In this document: in pieces, positions 22,804 through 24,000 of the stretch
How positions within the stretch are numbered: position 1 is the first letter of the stretch
Layout of the letters: each line of letters starts with the position of its first letter
Assembly (NCBI GenBank): GCA_964343705.1
Contig: CAYFJX010000006.1
Location: 90,927-114,926, forward strand
From: an uncultured Methanosarcinales archaeon
GTDB taxonomy: Archaea > Nanobdellota > Nanobdellia > Woesearchaeales > UBA12501
Length of the DNA stretch: 24,000 bases
Direction of reading: 5' to 3'
Notes under the pieces: model-generated
Database searches by the model: none
Told to the model about the DNA's origin: nothing
Seen by the model: the letters and a program-made list of their open reading frames with translations, nothing else
Program-made: the position numbers and the translations under genes

Positions 22804-23523
22804 TTATTTCATAATCCTCACAAACACACCTGCTCGTGTGTCTACTGGATCAAATCCTCTGTTGTGGTAGTCCATGTCAACTTCTCCACCAACACCTGCA
22901 CGGAGGTTGTCCATGAGGTCATAGCCAACATGTCCTCGGAATACTCCTTTGAACACATTGTCTCCTTTTGCATGAATTGTTTCTGCATCAACAGTCAGTG
23001 GTCCAATATCATAGCTTGGCATGATAACTTGTACTTCACCAAGTGTTACTGGTCCAAATGACGCCCTTAGACTCGTGACTAACTGGGTGCCGCCAATATC
23101 ATTTACTCGGTTAGCACCTGCTACAGGAACAAGATCATCACCCACCATTCTCATCTCACCATAGGGGTTTATTCCTGCAAGGTCTGGGTCAAGTGTTACT
23201 GTGCTTAACATGAAAAATCCTGTCTTGTTCATGTCATAATCTACAGTTGCACGTACTCTTGTAAAATAGCCTATGTCTACTATGCCAAGGTCAACTGGGG
23301 TTGTTCTTGCTTTTACTTCAACTAGAACATCATCTCCTCGTGCAAACACTTCTGCACTTGTTGCATGTGCAGTTGCTACTGTTTGTGTTTTGGCAAGCGC
23401 GTCAAGCGTAGCAGCAGCTGGGTCAGCAAGTGCCACTGTGCTTAGTGCTTTACTTAGCACTCGTGCTGCTCTATGTTTTCTGTACATGTCTCGTAGTTTT
23501 CCTAGTAGTGTCATTGTTGTCAT
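22804..23523 (-). CDS. Hypothetical 239-aa protein rich in Val/Asp/Gly/Thr/Ala and predicted to be beta-rich; first gene of the operon
   Basis: An SD-like GGAGAT precedes the ATG. By my reading the protein has no Cys or Trp. It shows alternating hydrophobic patterns (VLVEVKARTT, IVDIGYFTRVRATVDYD, GVFVRIMK). Its stop is followed immediately by T6 and T4 runs on the minus strand. Confidence 0.55.
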   Translation of the reverse strand: MTTMTLLGKLRDMYRKHRAARVLSKALSTVALADPAAATLDALAKTQTVATAHATSAEVFARGDDVLVEVKARTTPVDLGIVDIGYFTRVRATVDYDMNKTGFFMLSTVTLDPDLAGINPYGEMRMVGDDLVPVAGANRVNDIGGTQLVTSLRASFGPVTLGEVQVIMPSYDIGPLTVDAETIHAKGDNVFKGVFRGHVGYDLMDNLRAGVGGEVDMDYHNRGFDPVDTRAGVFVRIMK

Positions 23524-23660
23524 CTCCTTTCTTGTTTAGAGCTCACGCTAGGTCTGATTCTTTTCAGAAGCTTCCCAACACCTAGCTCTTTTTTTTCTTT
23601 ATTTGCTCTTTCTTACTCTTTAGTGAAGCAAGCTTACTTTATAAGTGTTACCTCGCCCTA
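23524..23660 (-). other. Long (~135-nt), purine-rich, structured 5' leader of the operon
   Basis: A TSS is predicted about 29 nt downstream of the TATA (23687-23681), but no ATG occurs until 23523. An imperfect hairpin spans 23538-23589: CTAGGT (23548-23553) pairs with ACCTAG (23580-23585), and AGAG (23538-23541) pairs with CTCT (23586-23589) across a 4-nt bulge. The loop contains the palindrome GAAGCTTC. Confidence 0.4.
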
Positions 23661-23690
23661 AGGGGGGAGAAATAGGAAGGTTTATATGTT
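23661..23690 (-). promoter_or_regulatory. Archaeal-type TATA promoter with the conserved downstream cassette (copy 4, minus strand)
   Basis: The minus strand reads CATATAAACCTTCCTATTTCTCCCCCCTTAGGG. The 14-mer TCCTATTTCTCCCC (23677-23664) is identical to 940-953 and occupies the same position next to the TATA box. Confidence 0.55.
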
Positions 23691-23753
23691 TTGACTCTTT
23701 AAAGTACCAAAAATCCAAACCTTTATATGTAAGGTGTAATATATGACACTTAT

Positions 23754-24000
23754 ATGACACAAATATATCGTACCACAAAAATACCTGAATTTTACTTTAA
23801 ACAGATAGAAGACTATCTCAATACCTCATCAGAATTTGTTTCAGTTTCTGAATTTATTAGGGATTCAATTAAAGATAAATTAAAATCTATTAAGAGTGCT
23901 AAATTACCTCATTTTCTGTTGACTAAAGATCTTGTATTTAATGAAGAAACCATAAACATAGTTCACAAAAAAATCCTATTAAAAAATAATGAAAAAGAAA
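23754..24000 (+). CDS. Ribbon-helix-helix DNA-binding protein, C-terminally truncated by the window edge
   Basis: This is my own translation, because the ORF runs off the window and is absent from the track: MTQIYRTTKIPEFYFKQIEDYLNTSSEFVSVSEFIRDSIKDKLKSIK... It shows the RHH pattern of a beta-strand followed by two helices. TTTATAT at 23722-23728 lies 32 nt upstream. The gene is divergent from the methyltransferase/radical SAM operon. Confidence 0.55.
   Translation, partial: MTQIYRTTKIPEFYFKQIEDYLNTSSEFVSVSEFIRDSIKDKLKSIKSAKLPHFLLTKDLVFNEETINIVHKKILLKNNEKE

Noticed and set aside
22720-23061. 113-aa plus-strand ORF opposite the operon
   Set aside because: It is antisense to ORF1 of the operon and spans the ORF1-ORF2 gap. 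It has no regulatory signals and an implausible sequence.
1-24000. CRISPR arrays, tRNA or rRNA genes, and transposase or integrase genes
   Set aside because: I found no regularly spaced direct repeats, no cloverleaf-capable intergenic segments and no recognisable recombinase motifs. The only mobile-element signature is the LAGLIDADG island.

Overview
This window looks like a low-GC contig from an uncultivated archaeon, possibly DPANN-like. A/T-rich TATA boxes (TTAAATA, TTATAAA) sit 25-31 nt upstream of many start codons, which suggests leaderless mRNAs, while genes inside operons carry GGAGG-like ribosome-binding sites and ATGA or TAATG overlaps. I found no rRNA, tRNA or CRISPR array.

Recognisable content, in order:
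- a truncated, secreted, Cys-rich lipoprotein-like gene;
- a three-ORF module ending in an anthrax-lethal-factor-like HExxH zincin;
- two tiny membrane-protein genes;
- a Ski2/HelY-like helicase;
- a toxin-antitoxin-like pair (a small His-rich protein plus a wHTH protein);
- a minus-strand operon, RHH-cysD-[LAGLIDADG island]-cysN-AlkP-like-membrane protein;
- a glycan cluster (epimerase, nucleotide-sugar dehydrogenase, GT4 glycosyltransferase, Wzx-like flippase);
- an orphan soluble histidine kinase;
- a nucleotidyltransferase with a small partner;
- a disrupted CPxCG zinc-ribbon micro-ORF;
- a tightly coupled five-gene minus-strand operon (beta-rich protein, unknown protein, two class I methyltransferases, B12-binding radical SAM enzyme).

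The five-gene operon is my best candidate for an undescribed system. It has a long structured leader, a divergent RHH regulator gene, and a promoter cassette shared with three other loci in the window. All functional calls rest on motifs I recognised by eye. No database search was run, and composition statements are visual impressions only.
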